Below are positions 1 through 9,901 of a stretch of DNA of 64,000 nucleotides, in pieces. A model generated the notes under the pieces. The model did no database searches. It was not told the origin of the DNA and saw only the letters and a list, made by a program, of their open reading frames with translations. This DNA is from an uncultured Verrucomicrobiae bacterium (GTDB taxonomy: Bacteria; Verrucomicrobiota; Verrucomicrobiia; Chthoniobacterales; UBA10450), in assembly GCA_963772365.1 (NCBI GenBank), contig CAVYXA010000001.1:896001-960000 (forward strand), read 5' to 3'. The translations under genes and the position numbers were made by a program. Within the stretch, counting starts at the first letter, position 1. Every line of letters starts with the position of its first letter.

Positions 1-1
1 G

Positions 2-403
2 GTGCACGAGGAGACCGTTAACATCGTTGTCGATGTTCACGGCGAAACGACGAGCGAGAAGATTGCGTTGGGCCGATTTCTGGATGGAAAGGTCTCGGCC
101 GTAATCGGCACTCACACGCACGTGCAAACCGCTGACGAACAAATTTTCCCCGGCGGCACCGCTTTTCTTTGTGATGCCGGCATGTGTGGGCCGGTAAATT
201 CCATTCTTGGTCGGACAATCGAGCCGATCATGAGCCGGTTTGTATCAAATCTGCCGATCGCGTTTCCGATTGCTCCGGGCGAAGTTCGATTGCGCGGTGC
301 ATTGATCGACATCGACGAAGAGACTGGCCGCGCCTTGCGCATCATCCGCGTAGATGAACCGGGGACGACGACCGCAGAAAAATCCTCCGATCAACCGTCT
401 TAA
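2..403 (+). CDS. ymdB: YmdB/TIGR00282 metallophosphoesterase (5' truncated by window edge)
   Basis: Motifs VDVHGETTSEK, GTHTHVQTAD, DAGMCGP. Confidence 0.9.
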   Translation: MHEETVNIVVDVHGETTSEKIALGRFLDGKVSAVIGTHTHVQTADEQIFPGGTAFLCDAGMCGPVNSILGRTIEPIMSRFVSNLPIAFPIAPGEVRLRGALIDIDEETGRALRIIRVDEPGTTTAEKSSDQPS

Positions 404-453
404 GGTTCAGAATAGTCGAATTGTACCACCAGCCTGCGGGTGGTCTTTCAGAA

Positions 454-1044
454 TCAAGAATTAGCTTCCGCCTGTTCGTTAGAAGTGTGGGAATTAGTCC
501 CTTCCTTTACCGGAATAAATCGACGTTTCCGCCGATTAGCAGGAAGCGGTGAAAGCGTCATCGTGATGTTACGCCCGGTGATCTTCGGCTCCATTTCCAC
601 CTGCGACATACCCGCGAGATCGTTTTTTACCCGGTGCATAAGCTGCATTCCGAACTCCTGATGCGCCATTTCCCGGCCGCGAAACTGCAACTGCACTCGG
701 ACTTTGTTTCCCCGGTCAAGGAACTCTTCGCCGTGGCGAACTTTGGTGAGGTAATCGTGCTCGTCGATGTTTACCCGGAACTTGATCTCCTTCAGGCGCG
801 TGCCCGAAGGCCGCTTGTCCTTTTCCTGCTTGGAGATGTCGTACCGAAACTTGCCAAAGTCGACAATCTTGCACACCGGCGGGTTTGCCGTAGGAGCAAT
901 CTCGACCAGATCGAGCCCCATGGTTTGTGCTTTGCGCAAGGCATCAGACAGTTTCATGACGCCAAGCTGTTGGCTGGTGGACCCTAGAATGACCCGGACT
1001 TCGCGCGCGCGAATCCGACCGTTTACACGAATTTGTGGTTGCAG
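454..1044 (-). CDS. infC: Translation initiation factor IF-3; probable non-AUG start (CTG at 1044 or ATT at 1032)
   Basis: LDLVEIAP..PPVCKIVDFGKF and FRGRE motifs; frame stays open upstream of the ATG at 957 and encodes IRVNGRIRAREVRVI; AGGAG at 1060-1056. Confidence 0.93.
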   Translation of the reverse strand: MQPQIRVNGRIRAREVRVILGSTSQQLGVMKLSDALRKAQTMGLDLVEIAPTANPPVCKIVDFGKFRYDISKQEKDKRPSGTRLKEIKFRVNIDEHDYLTKVRHGEEFLDRGNKVRVQLQFRGREMAHQEFGMQLMHRVKNDLAGMSQVEMEPKITGRNITMTLSPLPANRRKRRFIPVKEGTNSHTSNEQAEANS

Positions 1045-1063
1045 ATTAAATCAAGCTCCTGGT

Positions 1064-1203
1064 CGTCGGGGCGAGGAGTGCATCGCCGCTCCGTATTTCG
1101 TTCATCGCAATCCCGGTCGCCGTCATTTCCGGCCGGGGCACTCGATAATCGCCACAGCTGCGATCCACTGTAACGATGTACTCGTATTAAACTTCGCAAG
1201 ACG
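1064..1203 (-). ncRNA. Candidate structured RNA / infC 5' leader
   Basis: Nested minus-strand complementarity: GAGTACATCGTT with GGCGATGCACTC, ATCGCAG with TTGCGAT, CCCGG with CCGGG; found by eye only. Confidence 0.35.
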
Positions 1204-1274
1204 AAGTGAAGTTGTAGGCAACATTCGTGCCCTGGCAAGACCAATCTGGTGACCCGACTCCCGCGAGGTCGAGA

Positions 1275-1937
1275 TCACTCGGATGGCGGGGCGCCGAAAT
1301 GCGCCGCATAAGCCGTATACGCCTCCGCGTCATCCAGCATGCTGTCGATCGTCGCGATGAGCGGTTCTCGCCTAACGATCCCGGAAAAGACCGCTCGATC
1401 GCCAATCTCGGTATCAATCACAAAGGTGGGCCGCTGAGTTATTTTCAGTGCGTGAAAAGCAGCGGTATCAGCCCGGACTCGTTTTTCCACTTCCGCCGAA
1501 CGCGCCCGTTCCAGTAATTTTCCTTTGTCGAGATTAGTCGCTTTAGCTCCGATCTCGGCCGCAATTTCCCATTCTCCGAATCTCTTTCCCTCCCGTAAGG
1601 AAGCATGGGACAAAGCCAGACGGACACGATCATCGACAAATCCAAAATCTTTCGCCGCTTCGGCCACACAATTGGGCGCCAGATATTCCGCCCGGACCGG
1701 CTCATCGTACCAGGCGGTGTTGAGCATGAACGGCGACCGCATAATGATTCCGCTCCGTCTGTAAAACCATTGCTCCTGGCTCCGCGAAACTGGCAGACCC
1801 GTTTTTTCCATGAGGGCGATCTTCCATTGAAAGTCGACCTGACCGGTGTAGCGCTTTTTCAATTCGGCCCAGGTCGGTTCGGACCAAAAACACCAGGAGG
1901 AAATAACGTCGAGATAATAAGTGGCTGTAATTCGCAT
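1275..1937 (-). CDS. DsbA/FrnE-like thioredoxin-fold protein
   Basis: YYLDVISSWCFW (SxxC at the CxxC position) and C-terminal RPTFVI cis-Pro motif. Confidence 0.8.
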   Translation of the reverse strand: MRITATYYLDVISSWCFWSEPTWAELKKRYTGQVDFQWKIALMEKTGLPVSRSQEQWFYRRSGIIMRSPFMLNTAWYDEPVRAEYLAPNCVAEAAKDFGFVDDRVRLALSHASLREGKRFGEWEIAAEIGAKATNLDKGKLLERARSAEVEKRVRADTAAFHALKITQRPTFVIDTEIGDRAVFSGIVRREPLIATIDSMLDDAEAYTAYAAHFGAPPSE

Positions 1938-1972
1938 TGTGTGGATCGAACGTTGTAAGCTAAGGCAAATGC

Positions 1973-2041
1973 TGTAGCGGCAGTCTGTGACCGTCGCAAG
2001 TTAGTTTGCAAAGATGGCGACGCTGAGAGAGCACCGCTATA
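1973..2041. repeat. GTAG-type REP-like inverted doublet, copy 1
   Basis: tgtagcggcagtctgtgaccgtcgcaa matches the copy at 56661 at 26/27 nt; degenerate inverted arm ends ccgctata. Confidence 0.7.
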
Positions 2042-2051
2042 CGAATCCGAA

Positions 2052-3080
2052 TTGATCGTGGATCTGAACCACATTTTTCTCTTTATCGCGTTGATTTCGC
2101 CATTGCTGGTACTGATTCGGGCCTGGCGGCCTGGCGGAGTTTATCGCACGTGGCGCATAGCTTCTGTTATCGTGCTTGTAGCTACCGGTCTCTCGTGGAT
2201 CTTCTTTCGCCACATCGCTGGATTTATCGGAGCCGCCACATGGTTTCTTCTTTTGTTCATCCCGGCCGTCGGCCAACGAAAAGTTGTCGATCTCGCCGCA
2301 CAGCAACGATACCAAGCTGCGCGAAGATTGGCTGAGACACTGCAAATTTTTCATCCAAGCGCTGAATTGCGAGAGCAAGTTCGTGTACTTCGCAGCTTTG
2401 AATCCAACCCCGACCCCGAAATCGGTGGTCCATTTTTTGCGCGTCGGTCGAATGCTGCGGTCAGTGGGCAAATGGATCGACAGCGTCGCTTTCGACGTAC
2501 GCCAGCCGTTGTCGTTTTTATCGTTCTAAACATCGCAGTGTTTCTGATCGAAATCTCGGTCGGAAACTGGAATGATTACATCACTCTGCATCGGCTGGGC
2601 GCACTTGAGCCGTGGCGAGTGGTGATGCTCAAAGAATATTGGCGCCTGTTTACCGCGCTCTTTTTACATGCCGGAGTGATTCATCTTTCTTTCAATCTCT
2701 TTGCGCTGTATGTGCTCGGCCCCGGATTGGAGAGAGCGATTGGCTCGTTTCGCTTCACAACCTGCTATTTGGTTTCCGGAATCGGCTCCAGCGTTGGTGT
2801 GGTTGCGCTTTGGATGATGCGGCTAACGAGCGCGACTCAGGTCGTAGGTGCGTCCGGGAGTATCATGGGAATCGTTGGCGCGTGGGCGGGCTTTCTCATT
2901 CAACATCGACATATCCCGCGAGCCAGGGAACGTCTTCGTAATATTCTGCTCATTATAGTCATTCAAACGATTTTCGATCTGACTACACCACAAGTCAGCA
3001 CCGCGGCCCATATTTGCGGCCTCCTAACCGGCTTGATTACAGGTCTGGCTCTGACTGGCCGAGAAACCGGTGCTCCGTAG
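2052..3080 (+). CDS. Rhomboid family intramembrane serine protease
   Basis: YWRLFTALFLH, HLSFN, catalytic GASG and AHICG; multiple TM segments. Confidence 0.92.
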   Translation: MIVDLNHIFLFIALISPLLVLIRAWRPGGVYRTWRIASVIVLVATGLSWIFFRHIAGFIGAATWFLLLFIPAVGQRKVVDLAAQQRYQAARRLAETLQIFHPSAELREQVRVLRSFESNPDPEIGGPFFARRSNAAVSGQMDRQRRFRRTPAVVVFIVLNIAVFLIEISVGNWNDYITLHRLGALEPWRVVMLKEYWRLFTALFLHAGVIHLSFNLFALYVLGPGLERAIGSFRFTTCYLVSGIGSSVGVVALWMMRLTSATQVVGASGSIMGIVGAWAGFLIQHRHIPRARERLRNILLIIVIQTIFDLTTPQVSTAAHICGLLTGLITGLALTGRETGAP

Positions 3081-3177
3081 CCGCGATGGCCCGCCTTATG
3101 CATATTTCAGAAGTCCGTACCGCCCAAAACTTGCCGCCGAAATATTTCCTGATTAACTCCCGCTCGCAGTCTCCACC

Positions 3178-5730
3178 ATGCCGACCTTTCAGATTTACAA
3201 TGTGATCCCCACTCTGCCGGCGACTCTCGAGCCGCTGCGCGAGATGAGCTTTAACCTTTGGTGGACGTGGGAACCGGCCGCCCGCCGGCTGTTCCGTCAT
3301 CTCGATCCAGAGCTTTGGAATCGGACAAACCACAATCCTGTCCGCATGCTGCAGCTCTCCCGGCAATCGCGGCTCGAGGAACTTTCGCAGGACAAGTCGT
3401 TTCTCCGCGAGTTGAAGGATGTCCACGACACGTTCAAACGATATCTGGATCGCAAGGAAACCTATGGAAAAACTGCCAAGGGAGCCGCGATCAAAAAACC
3501 AGTGGCCTATTTTTCGGCTGAGTTCGGGTTCCACGAGTCAATTCCGAATTATTCCGGCGGCCTTGGAATTTTGGCGAGCGATCACTGCAAATCAGCGAGC
3601 GATCTCGATCTAAATTTTGTCGCGATCGGCCTGCTTTACCGCCACGGATATTTCAAACAACAGATCGACAAAGACGGCATCCAGGAAGCAGTCAGTCTCA
3701 ACCAAAATTTTCATCATCTGCCGATTCGCGAAGTTCGACGTGGCGACGGAAACCTCCTCGTCTCGGTGCGCATTCTCGATCGCGATGTTTTTGCAAAAAT
3801 CTGGCAGCTTCAAGTTGGTCGAATCAATCTTTATCTGCTCGATACTGATGTTTTCGAAAACAACGTCGAAGACAGGTTAATCACAGCAGAGTTATACGGC
3901 GGCGATCTCGAGATGCGCATGCGCCAGGAAATCGTGCTCGGAATCGGCGGCGTGAGAGCGCTGGGTGCGCTCGGCATCGATGCCGAAATCTTTCACATGA
4001 ACGAAGGACATTCGGCGTTCCTCGCGCTGGAGCGCATTCGTCACAATGTCGTCGAACGAAAGCTCGACTTTTACTCGGCCCTGCAGCTCGTTGCGGCGGC
4101 TAACGTTTTTACGACGCATACACCCGTTCCGGCCGGCAACGATTCTTTCACGCGGGAGATGATGAAGAAATATTTCGGCAGTTTGGCCAGGGAACTCCAG
4201 ATCCCATTCGACGAGCTTTTCCGCTTTGGGCAATCGAGTGTCGATCCTGCCGACGCGTTCAGCATGACGATTCTGGCGCTGAGAATGAGCCGGCATGCGA
4301 ACGGCGTTAGTAGATTGCACGGAGAAGTAAGCCGGGGGCTCTGGAAGGATGTCTGGGCGGGTGTCCCGGTCCACGAAGTGCCGATCACGAGGGTGACCAA
4401 CGGCATCCATACCAAGACGTGGATGGCTCCCGAGTTCTCTGCGCTCTATCGGAAGCACATCGGGAATTGGGAGGAACATCTCACCGAGGCGGAGTTTTGG
4501 CGCGGCGTGATCGACATTCCGGATGCGCAACTGTGGGAAACGCATCAGAAATTGAAATTGCGACTGGTGGAATTCGTGCGCGAGCGTGTTCGGATGCGTC
4601 GCGAGCGTCTCGGCGAGTCGCCCGAATCGATTTGCAAGGTCAACCGAATCCTCGATCCGGAAATTCTAACGATCGGATTTGCGCGTCGCTTTGCGACCTA
4701 TAAACGCGGCGCGCTTTTGTTCAGCGACAAGGAACGCTTACAGCGGCTTCTGAACGATACTACTCGCCCGGTCCAATTTATTTTTGCGGGGAAAGCGCAT
4801 CCACGCGATGAAGGAGGCAAAGGATTGATCCAGGAGGTTTACCGATTTAGCCGCGAGGCGGGATTCGAAAACCGCGTCGTTTTTCTGGAAGATTACGATA
4901 GCTATATTGCGCGCCGGCTCGTTCAGGGTGTCGATCTTTGGTTAAACCATCCGTTGCGGCCATTGGAAGCAAGCGGAACAAGCGGGATGAAATGCGCGCC
5001 TAACGGCGGAATCAATCTCAGTGTGTTGGACGGCTGGTGGCTGGAAGGTTTTAACGGAAACAATGGCTGGGCGATCGGCGCCGAGATCGACAACGGCACA
5101 GTGGAATTTCAAAACGAAGTGGACGCGAGCAGTCTCTATCAATTGCTCGAAAATCAGATCGTGCCGCTCTATTACGCTAAGCCCGATGGAAGATTACCGT
5201 TGGCCTGGTTGCAATTGATGCGGGAATCAATTCGCAGCATCACTCCCGCGTTTAACACGCACCGGATGGTGAAGGAATACGCCGAGCGTCTTTACATTCC
5301 AGCGGCTCAGTCGAACGAAAATTTCTCTCGGGACAGTTGCGCTGCGGCGACTGAATTGAGCCAATGGAAATCAAAAATGCGCAAAGATTGGCCGCAGGTG
5401 CGAATTTCTGAAGTGCAGGTCGGAAATCAGGATCGACAAAACATCGCCGTGGGTGAATCGCTACAGTTGAGCGCACGTATTTACCTCGGCGGCGTCGACC
5501 CGAGGCACGTGCGAGTGGAAGCGTATCATGGAGAGGCCGACAATGGCGGCATTAAGAACCCCAGCGTCAGCGTTCTGAGCAAGGGCAATCAAAATGGCGA
5601 TGGCACTTACATTTATCACGGCATCGTCCCGGCCGCCGAGAGCGGCGCGTATGGATTCAGCGTTCGCGTCGTCCCGACCCATCCGCATCTCATGCAAACG
5701 CACGAGCTGCGTTTAATCACATGGTCTTGA
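3178..5730 (+). CDS. glgP: Alpha-glucan (glycogen) phosphorylase
   Basis: YSGGLG, HMNEGH, FARRFATYKR, PLP-lysine motif EASGTSGMK. Confidence 0.96.
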   Translation: MPTFQIYNVIPTLPATLEPLREMSFNLWWTWEPAARRLFRHLDPELWNRTNHNPVRMLQLSRQSRLEELSQDKSFLRELKDVHDTFKRYLDRKETYGKTAKGAAIKKPVAYFSAEFGFHESIPNYSGGLGILASDHCKSASDLDLNFVAIGLLYRHGYFKQQIDKDGIQEAVSLNQNFHHLPIREVRRGDGNLLVSVRILDRDVFAKIWQLQVGRINLYLLDTDVFENNVEDRLITAELYGGDLEMRMRQEIVLGIGGVRALGALGIDAEIFHMNEGHSAFLALERIRHNVVERKLDFYSALQLVAAANVFTTHTPVPAGNDSFTREMMKKYFGSLARELQIPFDELFRFGQSSVDPADAFSMTILALRMSRHANGVSRLHGEVSRGLWKDVWAGVPVHEVPITRVTNGIHTKTWMAPEFSALYRKHIGNWEEHLTEAEFWRGVIDIPDAQLWETHQKLKLRLVEFVRERVRMRRERLGESPESICKVNRILDPEILTIGFARRFATYKRGALLFSDKERLQRLLNDTTRPVQFIFAGKAHPRDEGGKGLIQEVYRFSREAGFENRVVFLEDYDSYIARRLVQGVDLWLNHPLRPLEASGTSGMKCAPNGGINLSVLDGWWLEGFNGNNGWAIGAEIDNGTVEFQNEVDASSLYQLLENQIVPLYYAKPDGRLPLAWLQLMRESIRSITPAFNTHRMVKEYAERLYIPAAQSNENFSRDSCAAATELSQWKSKMRKDWPQVRISEVQVGNQDRQNIAVGESLQLSARIYLGGVDPRHVRVEAYHGEADNGGIKNPSVSVLSKGNQNGDGTYIYHGIVPAAESGAYGFSVRVVPTHPHLMQTHELRLITWS

Positions 5731-5783
5731 CGTCGGCGACGCAGACCGCGTGCGGAGTGTAACGAAGTATTGCCAGATCTGAA

Positions 5784-8305
5784 TCATGGTGAAGTCAGGG
5801 CCCAGCCTGCTGGCGTAGTAGGGCCGTAGGCGCCGCCCGTGTAAGCATTGTTATTCAAATACCAGATTGCGCTGTGCCTGGTGGTAGGGTTGTAGAGAGC
5901 ATAATCTGGTTTGCCATCCGTGTTAAAATCTGCCGCGCCGATCAGATCGTAACCAGCGGCAATCGTAGGTCCATAGGCGCTACCTGCGAATGAGCGGTTA
6001 TTCAAATACCAGATTGCACTCTGGCGGGTAGCGGAATTGAAAAGCAGATAGTCTGCTCTTCCGTCGCGGTTAAAGTCTGCGATGCCGGCAACGTTCCAGT
6101 TTGGCGGCAGTGTTGGCCCATAGGCCCCGCCGATGTAGCTGGCGTGATCGAGGTACCAAATCGCAGTCCGGCGTGTGCTCAGCTGGAACAGGACAAAATC
6201 CGGTTTGTCATCTCGATTGAAATCGCCGGCAGCGACAAGTTCCCAACCACTTGGCAGTGTTGGGCCGAAGCTGGACGCGCGAAATTGATTATTACTTAAG
6301 TACCAAATGGCCGTCCTGCGTGTAGTTGGTTGGAACAGAGCGTAATCCTGCATTCCATCGCCGTCGAAATCGTCAACATCCACAATTTGCCACCCTGACG
6401 GAGTGGTCGGGCCGTAAGCGGCACCGATTAACGCATTGTTATTCAGGTACCAGATGGCACTCCTACGGTCGCTCGAATTGTAAAGCAGATAGTCGGGCTT
6501 GCCGTCTCGGTCGAAGTCGTATCGCACTGGCGTAGGAGTGGGCGTCGGGGTTGGAGTTGGCGTCGGCCCACTGCAATCGGTAGCCATTTGAAACGCCCCA
6601 ATGCGAGTGAACCAGGCAGCGGTGCTCGTAACGGGAAGGTATTCGTTCACGTGCCAGAATGTGACACCATCCGATGGATCGAGGCTGAGATAGGTGTAAT
6701 CGCCCCAGCGAGCGGCGGAGTGAGTCTGCGCGCCACTGCCGACAAACATGCTCGCTTCACCTTGGGCGAGGTCGTTGGGCGGATCGGTGGCAAGACGTCC
6801 GGCATACCGAATCGAAGGGAAGATGCTCGCGCTCGACACGGAATAGCCAACCGCCATATTCCCATTGCAGTCCACTGCGATACTGGGCATCCAACGGAAC
6901 AACCCGTCAGCGCCATTATCAAAGGTCTGTTGCTGCACCGCCGTCGCGGGAATAACGCCACCGGAAACGTCAAATTGGTACCAGCGAATGGCCATCGGTC
7001 CTGTGCCATTCTGGTTATTGTTCACCGTGTGCGATGCCCAAAGCGATTCGGTACCATCAAAATTCGTGTAAACCACTGGGGTCATCATCCTGTCACCCAG
7101 AGTATCCAGCATCTGCGCGGTTCCACTTTGCGGCACAAGATGGCTGCCCGAATTCGTAAACGCATCAGTGAACCCATCCACTGTAATGTCGAACGGTCCG
7201 CTAAACGTTGAATTCGCCGGCGTCCCAAAATCGACATGGAATCGCCAGGCGTGGAGTGTAGTCAAAATAACGCCGCTCGAGGCGGGACTGTCGATGTTCA
7301 GCAAATACTCGTCCGTGCCCGCCGGCGGAGCGCTGCCGGTACAAATGTGGCTGGGAGCAGACTGTAGCCGTTACCCAACTGCGCAGGAGTAAGAGTAAAA
7401 GCCACTGCAGTTGCCGGATTGCCATTGATCATAGCGGCGCGATCCAAAGCAAAAACGCGCACGCCATTAAACGTGGTGTTGTCCGAGAACAGGTTGACCG
7501 TGAAATAATAGGCGTCCGGCCAAAGGGCGAACTTTGGATAGTCGCCCAAATAATTTGTATGTGCCGCATCGGTCTGAATAGCATAAAGCCACCAGCCGCC
7601 TGCAACCGGATCACTGGTCATGGAAACGCCAACGCACTGATAAAACGATGTTCCAGGGAAGGCAGGAAACGCAAAATCGCTCACTACCCAGCGGTCCGCG
7701 ATATGATCGTAAAAAACGAAGCCATCGCCCTGATTGCTCCCGGCGCAAGGTGAACCCGCCAATGCCGCAAAGAATGAATTATATGTGGTCGGACCGGAAA
7801 GTGTGGTGCCCGTTTTGTCGTAGATCTGGATCGATGAATTGACTGATTCAATGTAATGATTCGGCCCTACATCGCCATCGGTGTCGGGAGGCAAACAACC
7901 GCAAAGGCCCGTTGCGGAATTGATCCCATCAAAGGTTAGCAGAGGAGCCGGCATTGTCGGGGGCTGCAACAGCCGTTGAACCAGTGGGAAAGCAACTCCG
8001 GACTTATCAAAATTTTCTGGCGCGCCTGTGCCGTGATGCGGATATCGCATCCGCATTTCTTCTTCGGATTCGTGATTGGCCGGAACATAAGGCAACCTTC
8101 GCAAATCTTCAGTTTGCACGACCGGCCCAACCATCTTCAGCACTGTCGGCGTGGCAATCGAGTTGGCCTGTTTCTGCCGGGTGGGGCGAACGGTTTTAAG
8201 CCCTCCCGCACCGAGAGCGATAAGAATGCCGGTCAGGCAGAGGACAATAGTGATTGCGAAGCGTGGATTAAGAAAGGCGGATTGTAGATTCGATTTCTTT
8301 TTCAT
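5784..8305 (-). pseudogene. Large secreted protein (propeller-like N-domain, PT linker, C-terminal FG-GAP/VCBS repeats), split by a 1-nt deletion near 7342; pseudogene or assembly error
   Basis: ORFs 7298-8374 and 5784-7304 join as ...LLPATF[R]TGSAPPAGTDEYLLNID if one C is restored; signal-like N-terminus from ATG 8305; PPDTDGDVG and RWGDY motifs. Confidence 0.8.
5790..6520 (-). repeat. Five ~47-aa FG-GAP-like coding repeats
   Basis: Consensus DFNxDGKPDYxLyNxxTRRxAIWYLxNxxxxGxAYGPTxPxGW repeated five times. Confidence 0.85.
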
Positions 8306-8519
8306 TTGATATTTTGACTTGAGATTCGCCGTGCGCCGTTGCTTTAACGCACCAATCCACCAGCGTCTGAGCACAAATCAGGCCCGGGCAGGAATTGAAA
8401 ACGTCGGCGAATCGGCGCCTGTCCTACTTGGAATCGACCACTCGTGTTGAGTGTTTTCGACAAGCTTTCGTGTCGAAACAAGAAAGCGAATGTTCGTTCG
8501 AACGAGCATCACAAAATGG

Positions 8520-8685
8520 AACATCGACCGCGCAATGGCAGGATCGATATCGCTACTTGTATCATCAGTATTTCCACGGCGAGAGCGGCGCTAGTCTGGG
8601 CGCATTGCATCGAACTGGTTGGACGGGTCTTGTCGCAAAGCTGATTCAGCACCAAGGCGAATTCGGCCCGATCTTACCATCGTGA
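8520..8685 (+). pseudogene. C-terminal remnant of an MGH1-like/GH63 glucosidase
   Basis: [30 protein letters not shown] resembles the family end motif [26 protein letters not shown]; the rest of the gene is absent. Confidence 0.7.
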
Positions 8686-8769
8686 GCTGTGCCGCCTGTC
8701 GATCCTATTCGTGATCGGGCTCTTGATCGAACGGAATTCAACGGCCAAATCCGCTGGGGACAACGGACG

Positions 8770-9411
8770 CTACAACATGCGCGCTCGTTGCCGTCGCAGA
8801 GAGAATTGGAATCCCGTCAACGCCACGATGCCGAGTGCGAGGGAAAGAAACGTCCCCCCCGTTTCCGGAACCGGGACAAGCGGGGCCACTGTGAGAAATC
8901 CCGTAGCCACTAATCGATAGTTGAAGGAGCTATCTACAAATTCGCCGCTGCCGAAAAATGAGCCGATCCCATTTGCTACGCCGGGATCAAGCGCATAAAG
9001 CCCTGGGCCGGTAATATGACCCGAATAGGACAAGGACAGGTAGTGATCATCGAAGGAGAAATTGTCGAAGATGAACACATCTGGTGAAGACAAAGAGAAT
9101 CCGCTCGTGCCGGCGACCGACGAATAATTTGATCCGGCCGAAGTTCCTCCAGCAGTGAGAATATCAAAAGCGCCGTAAGTTTGCGTGCTTGGATTAAATA
9201 TGAAGAAGCCGGAGGCGGTCCCGCCATCATCGAACGTGACCCCCGTTAGCGTGAATAGGAGCGGCACGGCGCTGCTCGTCCGCGCGAATCCAAAGCTGGC
9301 GACAATCGCCAGCGTCAGAATAAGTGCTGCGCCATAACGACGAGCCTTTGGCGAGGATCGAAAATTTGGTTCGTTAACCTTAGCCCTGCTGCGTATTGAC
9401 TCTGTTTTCAT
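8770..9411 (-). CDS. Secreted PEP-CTERM/VPDSG-CTERM sorting-domain protein
   Basis: Signal peptide; C-terminal VPETGGT followed by a TM helix and basic tail RRQRAR. Confidence 0.85.
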   Translation of the reverse strand: MKTESIRSRAKVNEPNFRSSPKARRYGAALILTLAIVASFGFARTSSAVPLLFTLTGVTFDDGGTASGFFIFNPSTQTYGAFDILTAGGTSAGSNYSSVAGTSGFSLSSPDVFIFDNFSFDDHYLSLSYSGHITGPGLYALDPGVANGIGSFFGSGEFVDSSFNYRLVATGFLTVAPLVPVPETGGTFLSLALGIVALTGFQFSLRRQRARML

Positions 9412-9421
9412 TGCCGTTCTC

Positions 9422-9886
9422 CTATTTCTTTCTCCCGCGACGTTCTGAAGATTGTGACTGCCGCCGCCAATTTTGTATATGGGTAGATATGCCCACTTCT
9501 CGGCGGCTTGTTTCTAAAGGTCCCATTATCCGAGCGGGCCAATGCAACCAACCCAATGTTTCCAATGTTCTCAGCATAATCTCCGCACGCGTAGTAAGAC
9601 CGAGCCGCTCCAGAATGGCTTCGACGTGGTGAGCAATGGTCCGCGGACTGGCTCCTAGGATCATAGCCAGTTCGTTGTTGGCTTTGCCCTGAGCAACCCA
9701 AAACGCCACCTCGGCCTGACGGCCTGTTAGGCCGAGGGCTTGGAGTTTTTCCAGATCACTCGTTCGGGGGTTTGCCCCGTTCTCTTCATCCGAATCCGCA
9801 ACTTCGGTTTCCGAACCAGATAGAACGCTGGCACCGTTAACGAGATTGGAGCCGTTCCTAAGAGCGTTCAAAACCCCAGTGCTCAT
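9422..9886 (-). CDS. LuxR-family HTH transcriptional regulator without receiver domain
   Basis: LTGRQAEVAFWVAQGKANNELAMILGASPRTIAHHVEAILERLG. Confidence 0.85.
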   Translation of the reverse strand: MSTGVLNALRNGSNLVNGASVLSGSETEVADSDEENGANPRTSDLEKLQALGLTGRQAEVAFWVAQGKANNELAMILGASPRTIAHHVEAILERLGLTTRAEIMLRTLETLGWLHWPARIMGPLETSRREVGISTHIQNWRRQSQSSERRGRKK

Positions 9887-9901
9887 TTATCGAATTCGCA
9901 G

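Noticed and set aside
5790..6520. Regular ~141-bp repeats as a possible CRISPR array
   Set aside because: They are degenerate, codon-phased FG-GAP coding repeats; no cas genes are present.
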